A DNA stretch of 64,000 nucleotides from Patescibacteria group bacterium (GTDB taxonomy: Bacteria; Omnitrophota; Gorgyraeia; Gygaellales; Profunditerraquicolaceae), in contig DATJPV010000028.1 in the NCBI GenBank assembly GCA_035506195.1, forward strand, positions 8,711-72,710, written 5' to 3'. Below, piece by piece: positions 38,456-50,000 of this stretch (the stretch's first letter is position 1; each line of letters opens with the position of its first letter). The notes beneath the pieces are model-generated. The model worked only from the letters and a program-made list of their open reading frames with translations, was not told the origin of the DNA and ran no database searches. The translations under genes and the position numbers were made by a program.

Positions 38456-39064
38456 TTAACCCTCTTTCTTCTTAAGGTTGCGTATTTTTTCTAGAATAAG
38501 GCCTTTCAACTCCGCAGCCACCTTATCCAGGTTGCGGTTTACCAGGCAATAGTCGTACCTGTTTGCGGACAAAAGCTCCTGCGCAGCCAGCCTCACGCGT
38601 TTACGGATCTCCGCCGTCTTGGTTGCGCTGCAACGATTGCGCATCCGCTGGCTCAAGACCTCCAAAGAAGGCGGAACAACAAACACCGTAACGGTATTTT
38701 TAGGGTATTGCCGCTTAATCCTGAGCGCTCCCTTGACATCAAGGCATAAAATAAGGTGCTTGCCCTTCTTCAACCGGCTCTCAAAGAAATCTTTGGGGGT
38801 GGCGTAATAATACCCTAAATAGCGCGTCCATTCAAGAATTTTTTTTGCCTTGAGGGCCTCTTTAAACTGTCCGTTGGTAATGAAAAAATAGTGCTTACCT
38901 TCCAGCTCTCCTGACCGCTGGGGCCGGGTAGCATAGGAAATCGACCTTGCCAGCTTGCGCCCGAGAGTCCGGTCTTGCAGGACCCTTTCCGCAAGAGTGG
39001 TCTTACCCGAACCCGAAGGCCCAGACAACACAAACACTAAACCCCGCAGGCGATTACGCTCCAT
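38456..39064 (-). CDS. gmk: Guanylate kinase
   Basis: SGPSGSGKTT, SYATR..R.GE..G..Y.F, DVKGA, PPS. Confidence 0.95.
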   Translation of the reverse strand: MERNRLRGLVFVLSGPSGSGKTTLAERVLQDRTLGRKLARSISYATRPQRSGELEGKHYFFITNGQFKEALKAKKILEWTRYLGYYYATPKDFFESRLKKGKHLILCLDVKGALRIKRQYPKNTVTVFVVPPSLEVLSQRMRNRCSATKTAEIRKRVRLAAQELLSANRYDYCLVNRNLDKVAAELKGLILEKIRNLKKKEG

Positions 39065-39892
39065 TTACTCTACGTTTTGCAGCTGTTCCCTTAACTTCTC
39101 GATTTCGCTTTTAACTTTGACAACCTTGGCAGAGATGTCTCCGGCGCAAGACTTGGCTCCCATGGTATTGGCCTCCCGCTGCATCTCCTGGGCAATAAAA
39201 TCAAGCTCTTTGCCGACGGCGCCACCCGTCGCGAGACGTTGCAAAAAATTGTTGAGGTGATAGCTGATTCGCTCCAGTTCTTCGGTGATGTCGGAGTTCT
39301 TCAGAAAACTCGCCCGCTCTTCCTCAACAGCAATCCCGGCCAGGCGTTCTTTAATGACCCTCTGAAACTTCTTCTTTATCGCGCCAACCGAGACTTTGAG
39401 CGCAGCCGCCCGGCTCTTGAGATAAACGTACAGCGCCCTGCCTTCCTTAAGCCGCATGGCCGCCAAACCGGCCACGGCCTGGCTGACCAGAGGGCTTAGC
39501 CGCGACCAAACCCTCTCCTTAGGGACGCCGCTATCCCCCAGGGCCAACACGCCTGGCAGGTTAATGAGGGCATCTAATCCCATCTCGCTTTTGATGCGGC
39601 ATTGGTTTTTTATTTTTTTCAACGCCGACATGTATTTCTTCAACAGCTCCTCATTGATAAAAACTTCGCGGGTAGGCGTACCGATTACGTTGACCACACA
39701 GGTAATGCGGCCGCGCTTTATTTTGCTTTCGACCTCTTTTTTTATTTTTTCTTCCAAAAACAAAAGTCCTTCCGGCAGATGGATTACCGTTTCTAAAAAC
39801 TTGTGATTGGTACTCCTTAGTTCTACGGATACTTTCCCCAGCGCATCGATCTTGGCTTCCTTGTTGCCGAAGCCGGTCATGCTATGTATCAT
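39065..39892 (-). CDS. yicC: YicC/YloC-family endoribonuclease
   Basis: SMTGFG, RSTNHKFL, DITEELER, GKELDF..QEM.REANT.GAK. Confidence 0.9.
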   Translation of the reverse strand: MIHSMTGFGNKEAKIDALGKVSVELRSTNHKFLETVIHLPEGLLFLEEKIKKEVESKIKRGRITCVVNVIGTPTREVFINEELLKKYMSALKKIKNQCRIKSEMGLDALINLPGVLALGDSGVPKERVWSRLSPLVSQAVAGLAAMRLKEGRALYVYLKSRAAALKVSVGAIKKKFQRVIKERLAGIAVEEERASFLKNSDITEELERISYHLNNFLQRLATGGAVGKELDFIAQEMQREANTMGAKSCAGDISAKVVKVKSEIEKLREQLQNVE

Positions 39893-39905
39893 CGTCTGCC
39901 TCCCT

Positions 39906-40409
39906 CTAGGCCCAGTCGCGCATTGCTAGCTTTTCTACGATAACTTCTTTCGACGGATATAAATTTACGATGATCTCATCCGGCTTGAACCAGAGCTTGA
40001 TTTCTCTCTCTGCCTCGGATTCGTTTGAAGAAACGTGGATCACGTTCTCATAAAGCCCTTTCGTGGTAATCCTGCCGTAAGCCCCGCGTATAGAAGTAGG
40101 ATCCGCTTCCTCCGGGTTGGTCGCGCCGGCAAGCTCCCGGCATTTTTTGATCGCGTCTCGACCCCAGTACACCAGAGCCATAACCTTACGCCGGTCATGA
40201 AGCTCTCCCTGCAAGTAGCGAATGAGCTCCTCAAAAAAAGGCTGGTCTTTCAGATGTTTATAGTGCTCGGTCGCCAGTTCGCAGGATACCCGCACCATTT
40301 TCGCAGCCATAATCTCTAGCTTTGTCTCCGATAGCCTGGTAAGGATGTTGCCGGTGAGCGATTTTTTTAACCCATCGGGTTTAATAAGGATTAAGACTGC
40401 CTGGCTCAT
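39906..40409 (-). CDS. ndk: Nucleoside diphosphate kinase
   Basis: LIKPDG, HY, GATNP..A.P.SIRG, ENVIHVS, AEREI.LWF. Confidence 0.93.
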   Translation of the reverse strand: MSQAVLILIKPDGLKKSLTGNILTRLSETKLEIMAAKMVRVSCELATEHYKHLKDQPFFEELIRYLQGELHDRRKVMALVYWGRDAIKKCRELAGATNPEEADPTSIRGAYGRITTKGLYENVIHVSSNESEAEREIKLWFKPDEIIVNLYPSKEVIVEKLAMRDWA

Positions 40410-41275
40410 GTAGTGTTTCCTCCTTTGATCCGATTGACGATCCTTTCTAGGTCTTCCTGCGAGTAAAACTCGATTACGATGCGCCCGCGTTTTTTTTGTT
40501 TGCTCACCCGGACCTTTGTCGCCAAAATGTGCTGCAGCTGTTCTTCGATAGCCGATACATAAAGATCGCCCGAACCTTGACGCACCTTTGGTTTAACCAG
40601 CCGCGGGCGTTTAGTTTTAAGCAGGTTTTCCAACTCTCGAACGGAAAGGTTTTTGCTGATAATTTCCTGGAGAAGCCGACGCTGTTGATTGGCGTCGTCT
40701 AACTCAAGGAGCGCGCGGCCGTGCGCAAAAGAAATACGCCCCCTACGCATCTCCTGTTGAATCTCGTGCGGTAAATTCAATAACCGTAATGTGTTAGCAA
40801 TTGTAGCCCTGGCCTTACCGAGTAATTCGCTAAGCCTGTCCTGGCTTAAATGAAATTTGTCGATCAGGTGTTTATATGCATGGGCCTCTTCGATGGGATT
40901 CAGATCTTGTCTTTGGATATTTTCGATCAAAGACAATTCTAACGAATCTTCATCTTCAGCATCCTTGATAATAGCTGGTATCTCTTTTAATTGCAATATG
41001 TTAGCTGCACGAAAACGGCGTTCACCGGCAATCAGCTCGTAATAATCTCCCGAGCGCCGCACGATGACCGGCTGAATAATGCCTTTTTCTTTGATCGATT
41101 GGGTTAGCTCTTGGAGGCCCTGGTCATCAAAATGTTCGCGGGGCTGTAAAGGATTCGGCTTGATTTGAGCTATGCTCAATCGCAAAACGTCGGCACCGCC
41201 AGTCTCGCTCTTCTGTTCTTTTTCCCTTTCGGGGATCAATGCGCCTATGCCTCTTCCTAATACCTTTTTATCCAT
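40406..41275 (-). CDS. parB: Chromosome partitioning protein ParB/Spo0J
   Basis: LGRGIGALI, NP.QPR, IAGERR.RA, IEN.QR.DLNPIEEA, HTH. Confidence 0.95.
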   Translation of the reverse strand: MDKKVLGRGIGALIPEREKEQKSETGGADVLRLSIAQIKPNPLQPREHFDDQGLQELTQSIKEKGIIQPVIVRRSGDYYELIAGERRFRAANILQLKEIPAIIKDAEDEDSLELSLIENIQRQDLNPIEEAHAYKHLIDKFHLSQDRLSELLGKARATIANTLRLLNLPHEIQQEMRRGRISFAHGRALLELDDANQQRRLLQEIISKNLSVRELENLLKTKRPRLVKPKVRQGSGDLYVSAIEEQLQHILATKVRVSKQKKRGRIVIEFYSQEDLERIVNRIKGGNTT

Positions 41276-41290
41276 GCTCTCTCCTAAAAT

Positions 41291-42094
41291 TTATTGTCCC
41301 GCGGTTGTTGCTTCTGTACCATTAGGCTGGACCGCAGGTAATCCTAACATTTCTCTTACGAGGGCTTCGTATTTTTGCGCACCGATAGAATCCTTATCAT
41401 ATAACGCTACGGGCTTGCCAAAACTTGGAGCTTCGGTTAAGCGCACGCTGCGCGGAATAACTGTTTGGTAGACCTTGTCCTTAAAATAATTCCTTACTTC
41501 GTGAATCACCTCTTTCGTTAAATTTGTTCGAAAATCCGCCATGGTCAATAAAACTCCTTCGATGCCAAGCGAAGGATTGAGATTATCTTTCACAAGTTTA
41601 ATCGTATTAATAAGTTGTGTGACTCCTTCAAGGGCGTAATATTCGCATTGAACCGGCACAAGCACTGAATCTGAAGCACATAACGCGTTAATGGTCAATA
41701 GCCCCAGTGATGGCGGAGAGTCATTAAGAATGAAGTCGAAATTTTCCTTTTCCTTCTGCAACGCCTTTTTAAGCCGATATTCTCTCCCTAGTGCGCTGAC
41801 TAATTCTACTTCCGCACCAGTAAGATCGAGATTCGATGGTGCAACAAAAAAATTGTTAATTGCGGTGGTTTGGATAATTTCCTTGATGTCCAGCTCTTCG
41901 AGGATTACGTGGTAGGTACTCTGTTTTACATTGTGCCGGTTGATGCCGGCGCCGCTGGTGGCATTAGCTTGAGGATCTAAATCAACCAGCAAAACTTTTT
42001 TTCCGGCCAAGGCAAGATATGCAGCGAGATTAACTGCCGTCGTAGTTTTACCGGTGCCGCCTTTCTGATTGCAGATGGCAACAATTTTGCCCAT
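41291..42094 (-). CDS. parA: Chromosome partitioning ATPase ParA/Soj
   Basis: NQKGGTGKTT, DLDPQANAT, DSPPSLG, QCEYYALEG, EAPSFG. Confidence 0.95.
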   Translation of the reverse strand: MGKIVAICNQKGGTGKTTTAVNLAAYLALAGKKVLLVDLDPQANATSGAGINRHNVKQSTYHVILEELDIKEIIQTTAINNFFVAPSNLDLTGAEVELVSALGREYRLKKALQKEKENFDFILNDSPPSLGLLTINALCASDSVLVPVQCEYYALEGVTQLINTIKLVKDNLNPSLGIEGVLLTMADFRTNLTKEVIHEVRNYFKDKVYQTVIPRSVRLTEAPSFGKPVALYDKDSIGAQKYEALVREMLGLPAVQPNGTEATTAGQ

Positions 42095-42142
42095 TTACAG
42101 AATGTAAATTTGTAATTGCATTATTTATATAAAGTTACGCTA

Positions 42143-42158
42143 TGTTCCACGCGGAACA
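42143..42158. promoter_or_regulatory. parS: parS centromere-like site
   Basis: TGTTCCACGCGGAACA is a near-perfect match to the parS palindrome TGTTNCACGTGRAACA, immediately upstream of parA. Confidence 0.8.
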
Positions 42159-42213
42159 TTTTACCCGGCGACTGTCTTTACAAAGAACATTATCTTGCTT
42201 AAAAACAAACTTG

Positions 42214-42414
42214 TCAAGATTTTTCTTGTTGCGCAATTACGGTAACGCGTATCTTGGCAGGTTTAGCGCCGGGCATCCCAAACAGGCCTTTTTTCTCCTC
42301 GGAAAGCACTTCAATTTTTACTTTTTCCCGGGGAAGCTTCAATTCCTTCAGGGCTTTTTTTATCGCTTCTTCTATGGTTCTGCCCTCTACTTCTACACCT
42401 AATTTATCACTCAT
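42214..42414 (-). CDS. Jag (KhpB/EloR) N-terminal-domain-only protein
   Basis: VEGRTIEEAI..AL.EL......V.IEVL.E.KKGLFG...KPA.IRV; follows yidC; only 66 aa. Confidence 0.85.
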   Translation of the reverse strand: MSDKLGVEVEGRTIEEAIKKALKELKLPREKVKIEVLSEEKKGLFGMPGAKPAKIRVTVIAQQEKS

Positions 42415-43943
42415 TTGAGCCTGTTTATTTTAAATTGATTAAAAAGCATAATGGAACTATTGACCAGCCAGTACAATACCAAACCTGCGGGCATATTATA
42501 AAATATAAACAAAAACATCACCGGCATTATTATTGTCATTATTTTTTGTTGCTCATTTGCAGTTGCGCTTACGGCAGTCATTGATAGTTTTTGTTGTATA
42601 AACATAATCGCGGTCATTAATATTGGTAAAAGATTGATCTCTTTAATTGGACCAATTGCGGAGAAAGAAAATAAACGATCTGGCTGCGAAAGATCATTAA
42701 TCCACAGAAAATGTGCGCCTTTAAGTGATATCGACCGTATCATGGCTTGATATAGTGCAAAAAACACAGGTATTTGCAAAATTAAAGGTAAACAACCGCC
42801 CAATGGATTGACTTTATGGATCCGATATAAATCCATCATCTCTTTATTTAATTTTTGCGGATTATCCTTGTAAATTTTTCGCAGTTCTTCAATTTTTGGT
42901 TGCAATACCTGCATTTGTTTCATTGAGCGCATTTGTTGTAAAGAAAGAGGATAGAGCAAAAGAGAGATGCAGATGCTAAAAAGTATGATTGCCCAACCCC
43001 AATTATGCGCTATTCCATAAAGCCAATCTAAAATTTGAATTAATATGTGAGAAATAAAATCAAAGGTTCCGAAATATAAAACTGCAGTATACTCTGGATT
43101 GATTTGATTGATTAATTTTAATTCCTGTGGCCCTAAATAGATACGAAATTCTTGCACACTAGTTTTTCCAGTCTGTATCGTAATCGCTTTTGCGCTTAGG
43201 CCTATTTCCGATTCTTGTGCATTGATTTTACGTACAAAAGCAGAATAACCCGGAGATTTTGGTTGAATAATATTACAAAAATAATGATCTCGCAAACCTA
43301 AAAAGCGGATATTCTCAAAAATAGCATCTTTTTTAGCGCCGTTATGTATTGTTTTATCCGAAGTAACTACAGTAATATCTTTAAACCGGGTCTCAACTTG
43401 GTCTCCAGAAAAGTCTAAAATCCCAAGAATAATACCGGGATTAAACTCAATCTCCTTAGTGGATAAGTTTTGTACTTCTATATATAAATCTATGGTATAA
43501 TTTGAGTTATGAAAAATAAAACGTTTAATAACCTGTTTATCCTTATCTCGATGGACAAACAGCGCAGTATCGGAAGAGCTATTTTGTCGCTTAAAAAGCA
43601 AGTTTTTGTCAGTCAAGAGAAATCCTGATTTTAACGAAAAGTCGTAATTCTGGTATTTTTTAAAAACTGTATGTTTAATGATTGCAAGCTGTTCTATAAA
43701 TACAGGCTCACCTTTATCTTGCGGAAAAATAAAGGTAGTGGCGGGAGTTTCCGGTGCTTCCTCCGGAACAGCGGCAGGCAGAGATGTCGCCGGCGAAGGC
43801 GCGATCGACGGCTGGGAGGGTTTTGGTAGGGATACGGACCTTAAGGCTGTATTCTCCGGAGGCCGAAGCCGCGAAACAAGCGCCGACCACCCGAATATTA
43901 CTAAAAAGGACATTGCTATTGCGATAATTGTACGTTTTTCCAT
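42411..43943 (-). CDS. yidC: Membrane protein insertase YidC
   Basis: MEKR.IIAI, Y.GP, NWGWAII, LQPKI, NPLGGCLP..LQIP, FLWI.DLS.PD, PAGLVLYW. Confidence 0.95.
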   Translation of the reverse strand: MEKRTIIAIAMSFLVIFGWSALVSRLRPPENTALRSVSLPKPSQPSIAPSPATSLPAAVPEEAPETPATTFIFPQDKGEPVFIEQLAIIKHTVFKKYQNYDFSLKSGFLLTDKNLLFKRQNSSSDTALFVHRDKDKQVIKRFIFHNSNYTIDLYIEVQNLSTKEIEFNPGIILGILDFSGDQVETRFKDITVVTSDKTIHNGAKKDAIFENIRFLGLRDHYFCNIIQPKSPGYSAFVRKINAQESEIGLSAKAITIQTGKTSVQEFRIYLGPQELKLINQINPEYTAVLYFGTFDFISHILIQILDWLYGIAHNWGWAIILFSICISLLLYPLSLQQMRSMKQMQVLQPKIEELRKIYKDNPQKLNKEMMDLYRIHKVNPLGGCLPLILQIPVFFALYQAMIRSISLKGAHFLWINDLSQPDRLFSFSAIGPIKEINLLPILMTAIMFIQQKLSMTAVSATANEQQKIMTIIMPVMFLFIFYNMPAGLVLYWLVNSSIMLFNQFKINRLK

Positions 43944-43946
43944 GGT

Positions 43947-44162
43947 TTACTCTAGAGGGTCATATCCGGAGTGCGAAGAGAAGGGATGGCATTTACACAG
44001 GCGCCTCACCGCTTTTGCCGCGCCGACAACGACCCCGTATTTTTCAATTGCCTGCTTGGCATACTCCGAGCAGCTCGGAAAGAAGCGGCAGCAGGGTGGC
44101 AACGCAACCCGAAGGCATTGCTGATAGAAAGCGATAGCACTAAGACAAGTGCGCGAAAGCAT
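43947..44162 (-). CDS. yidD: Membrane protein insertion efficiency factor
   Basis: YQ......CRFFPSCSEYA..AI.KYG...G......R..KCHP...GYDP. Confidence 0.93.
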   Translation of the reverse strand: MLSRTCLSAIAFYQQCLRVALPPCCRFFPSCSEYAKQAIEKYGVVVGAAKAVRRLCKCHPFSSHSGYDPLE

Positions 44163-44299
44163 TATATGGAGATTCTTTTTCGGCCCTGTTTCCGTCGACG
44201 GGAAAGAACCGCCCTTCCCGACTTGGTGCGCATCTTAGCGCGAAAACCGTGGCGCCGTTTTCCGACCAGATTCGAGGGGGTTTTTAAGTTTTTCTTCAT
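44162..44299 (-). CDS. rpmH: 50S ribosomal protein L34 (not in the ORF track)
   Basis: [45 protein letters not shown]; divergent from dnaA; its TAA overlaps the yidD ATG. Confidence 0.93.
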   Translation of the reverse strand: MKKNLKTPSNLVGKRRHGFRAKMRTKSGRAVLSRRRKQGRKRISI

Positions 44300-44329
44300 T
44301 GTGTTGTCTCCGTTTTAAAAATTTTCATC

Positions 44330-44412
44330 ATTATAACACAAGCCCGCCCTAAGTCAACAGCCTCGGGCTTAATTTGAAGGACGATTGTAACACACAAATT
44401 ACTGCCGGTCAA
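44330..44412 (-). promoter_or_regulatory. Tandem sigma70 promoters for rpmH-yidD-yidC
   Basis: TTGACT-16-TATAAT (44357-44330) and TTGACC-17-TACAAT (44412-44384). Confidence 0.6.
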
Positions 44413-44458
44413 GATAAACTATATTTTTATTTTCTAGAGGCAAGATATTATATTTTTA

Positions 44459-44486
44459 TTGACGCCTCGCAGAAAAGCAGTATAAT
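44459..44486 (+). promoter_or_regulatory. dnaA promoter
   Basis: TTGACG-16-TATAAT. Confidence 0.6.
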
Positions 44487-44537
44487 AATGCGCGCTTAAC
44501 TTTGTTGCTTGCAGATATCTTTTTCTCTGTTATAATA

Positions 44538-44579
44538 TTTTCCACAGGTTTATTCAAGTTGTGCATAAACTGTGGATTG
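44538..44579. promoter_or_regulatory. DnaA-box cluster (oriC part / dnaA autoregulation)
   Basis: TTTTCCACA (44538), TGTGCATAA (44560; perfect TTATNCACA on the - strand), TGTGGATTG (44571). Confidence 0.7.
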
Positions 44580-44597
44580 TGTGCAAAGGAACTAGTT

Positions 44598-45938
44598 GTG
44601 GCCCGCACCGACCTTCACCACGCATGGGATAAGGCTAAAACACACCTCAAGGAACACCTCGGAGAGACCGTGTTTGAAACCTGGATCCTGCCTTTAAAGC
44701 CAGTGCTGCAGAGCGAGGGGGCATTAAGCCTGGCTGCTCCAGATGCCTTCTTTCGAGACTGGGTAGAAAAACACTACAAGGCAGATATAGGCGAGGCCCT
44801 GCGTGCCTATACTAAAGAAGAGGTAGTCGTATCCTTAAGCATTGCTCCGGCCGGTGGCCAGCCGGCAAGCAAGCCGCACGCCGCTACTCCGGGGCGCGCC
44901 GCCGAACTGCCGGATAGCTTTAGTTTAAACCCCCGCTATACCTTTGAAAATTTTGTGGTTGGCCCCTCGAACCGGCACGCCCATGCGTATTCCCTGGCCG
45001 TGGCCGAATCCCCCGCCAAGACGTATAATCCTTTGTTTATCTATGGCGGCGTGGGCCTGGGGAAAACCCACCTTATGCAGGCTATCTGCCATTACATCAG
45101 AAACAAGAGCCCCACTCATGTCAAGATCTGCTATATGACCTCGGAGAAGTTCACTAACGAATTAATCGACGGCATTCAACATCACTCCACATCGGCTTTC
45201 CGCCAGAAATACCGCAGCGTCGACGTGCTTGTTATAGACGACATCCATTTTATCGCCGGCAAAGAATCCACCCAGGAAGAGTTTTTCCATACCTTCAACG
45301 CGCTGTTCGACGCGCACAAACAAATCATCATTTCTTCCGACCGGCCGCCGAAAGAAATCGCTAACCTCCAAGACCGCCTGGTGTCGCGTTTCAGTTGGGG
45401 CTTAACCACCGATATTCAGCCGCCTGACCTAGAAACCCGGGTCGCCATTTTGAAAAAAAAGATCGAGCGGGAACCGGTGGCCGTACCGGATGAAGTTATA
45501 TTTTTTATCGCTCAGCTGATAAAAACGAACATCCGGGAGCTGGAGGGGGCGTTGATACGTATTATCGCTTATTCTCTACTGGAGGAAAAACCCATTACTT
45601 TGGAACTGGCCAAGGGGGTTTTAAAGGACCTTCTGAAAGAGCCGCAAAAATTGATTACGGTTGATTTTATACAGCGGTGTGTGGCGGAAGAATTTGGCCT
45701 TACGCTGCATGACTTAAAAACAAAACGCCGCAACAAGACCGTAGTCTTTCCTCGGCAAATTGCTATGTATTTGAGCCGAGAAATGACGGATTTGTCCTTA
45801 CCGGAAATCGGGGAACATTTTGGGGGTAAGGACCATACAACGGTTTTGCATTCATACAACAAGATTAAAGAGGAATTAGCCAAAAACGGGGGATTAAAAA
45901 CCAGGGTCGAACGAGTTGTAAATATTATTAAACAGTGA
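44598..45938 (+). CDS. dnaA: Chromosomal replication initiator DnaA
   Basis: LNPRYTFENFV.G.SN, YNPLFIYGGVGLGKTHL, QEEFFHTFN, RELEGAL, GGKDHTTV. GTG start at 44598 with AAGGA SD. Confidence 0.97.
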   Translation: MARTDLHHAWDKAKTHLKEHLGETVFETWILPLKPVLQSEGALSLAAPDAFFRDWVEKHYKADIGEALRAYTKEEVVVSLSIAPAGGQPASKPHAATPGRAAELPDSFSLNPRYTFENFVVGPSNRHAHAYSLAVAESPAKTYNPLFIYGGVGLGKTHLMQAICHYIRNKSPTHVKICYMTSEKFTNELIDGIQHHSTSAFRQKYRSVDVLVIDDIHFIAGKESTQEEFFHTFNALFDAHKQIIISSDRPPKEIANLQDRLVSRFSWGLTTDIQPPDLETRVAILKKKIEREPVAVPDEVIFFIAQLIKTNIRELEGALIRIIAYSLLEEKPITLELAKGVLKDLLKEPQKLITVDFIQRCVAEEFGLTLHDLKTKRRNKTVVFPRQIAMYLSREMTDLSLPEIGEHFGGKDHTTVLHSYNKIKEELAKNGGLKTRVERVVNIIKQ

Positions 45939-46076
45939 TTCAGGGGATATCCAGAGTTTGGTTTTTGCAAAACTACTGCAAAATTAACCAGTTAGTTTGT
46001 TTTCAACAGAAATGATAGATATTACTACGAATACTATTTAAGTATTTAATACATATTAATAATAAAGGAGCTGGGT
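45939..46076. other. Probable oriC unwinding region (dnaA-dnaN spacer)
   Basis: Degenerate DnaA box TTTTCAACA (46000-46008), then trio-like ATTACTACGAATACTATT and a very AT-rich tract. Confidence 0.55.
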
Positions 46077-47168
46077 ATGAAGTTCAAAATTGAAAAAGAT
46101 GTTTTGCTCAATGGGATACAAACCGTACAAAACATTATTACCCCTCGTGCGGTCTTACCTATATTGTCAAATATCCTTATTGAGGTTAAAACAGACAGTT
46201 TGCGCCTAGTTGCTACGGATTTGGATATTGGTATAACCTGTGTAATACCTGTGAACACTCAAGAGGTGGGGGGTATCACAATCCCCGCAAAAAGATTTTA
46301 CGATATTATCCGAGAGCTACCCAGCGACACAGTGTTAATAAACACTAAAAAAAACAACTTGGTGGTAATTGAAACCGATATGTGCCAATTTAAAATTATG
46401 GGGTTGGCAAGCGAAGAGTTTCCTAAGCTACCTGAATTTAAAGATAAGGAAGCGATCCGCTTGGATCAGGTTACCCTGAAAGAGATGTTGGGGCTTACCT
46501 CATTTGCGGTATCTTTTGACGAGAGCCGGTATATTTTAAACGGCATCCTTTTTAAAATCAACAAAAACACCCTTACACTTGTTGCAACGGATGGTAAGCG
46601 GCTGGCAATCATAGAGAAAAAACTCAAACACGAAGTAGAAAAAGACGTGCATATTATTGTGCCCATCAAGACCATCCATGAATTAAACCGCAACCTGAAA
46701 GACGAGGGGGAGGTATCTTTGGTGTTGGGGCAAAACCAAGCATTATTTGATATGGGGAACACGCAGGTTGTTTCGCGGCTGATCGAGGGGGAATTCCCCG
46801 ACTACAAACAGGTCATACCGCAATCATCCCCCAATAAGCTGGGTATCGCCAGGGAAGAATTTTTGTTGGCAGTTAAAAGGGCAGCACTTTTGTCTACGCC
46901 CGATTATCAGGCGGTTAAATTGGAGTTATTCAAGGACAAGCTTGTGATTTCCAAGTCTACGCCCGATATCGGCGAATCCCGAGAGGAGGTCGCGGTTGAA
47001 TACCGCGGCAAGGAAATGGTAATCGGTTTTAACCCGGCCTACCTTGCAGATGTATTGAAAAACATCCAGACAGAGAAAGTGGAGTTTGAGTTAACGGATA
47101 GTGAAAAGCCGGGCGTTATCCGTATTAATGGATATACCTATATCGTACTGCCGATGCGCCTCGGTTGA
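46077..47168 (+). CDS. dnaN: DNA polymerase III beta clamp
   Basis: LPILSNILI, ATDLD, SRYILNG, VATDGKRLA, SRLIEGEFPDY, IGFN..YL, VLPMR. Confidence 0.97.
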   Translation: MKFKIEKDVLLNGIQTVQNIITPRAVLPILSNILIEVKTDSLRLVATDLDIGITCVIPVNTQEVGGITIPAKRFYDIIRELPSDTVLINTKKNNLVVIETDMCQFKIMGLASEEFPKLPEFKDKEAIRLDQVTLKEMLGLTSFAVSFDESRYILNGILFKINKNTLTLVATDGKRLAIIEKKLKHEVEKDVHIIVPIKTIHELNRNLKDEGEVSLVLGQNQALFDMGNTQVVSRLIEGEFPDYKQVIPQSSPNKLGIAREEFLLAVKRAALLSTPDYQAVKLELFKDKLVISKSTPDIGESREEVAVEYRGKEMVIGFNPAYLADVLKNIQTEKVEFELTDSEKPGVIRINGYTYIVLPMRLG

Positions 47169-47245
47169 TGAAAAATCATTTGAGTTTTGGGAAAATTAGT
47201 GTTATATTCAACGACCAATAAGCCGGTCTTTATCGGGATGCCGCG

Positions 47246-49998
<2,753 letters not shown>

Positions 49999-50000
49999 CG

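Noticed and set aside
42142-42402. ORF starting MFHAEH on the + strand
   Set aside because: This is the translation of the parS palindrome (a known MFHVEH-type artefact) and it is antisense to the Jag_N gene.
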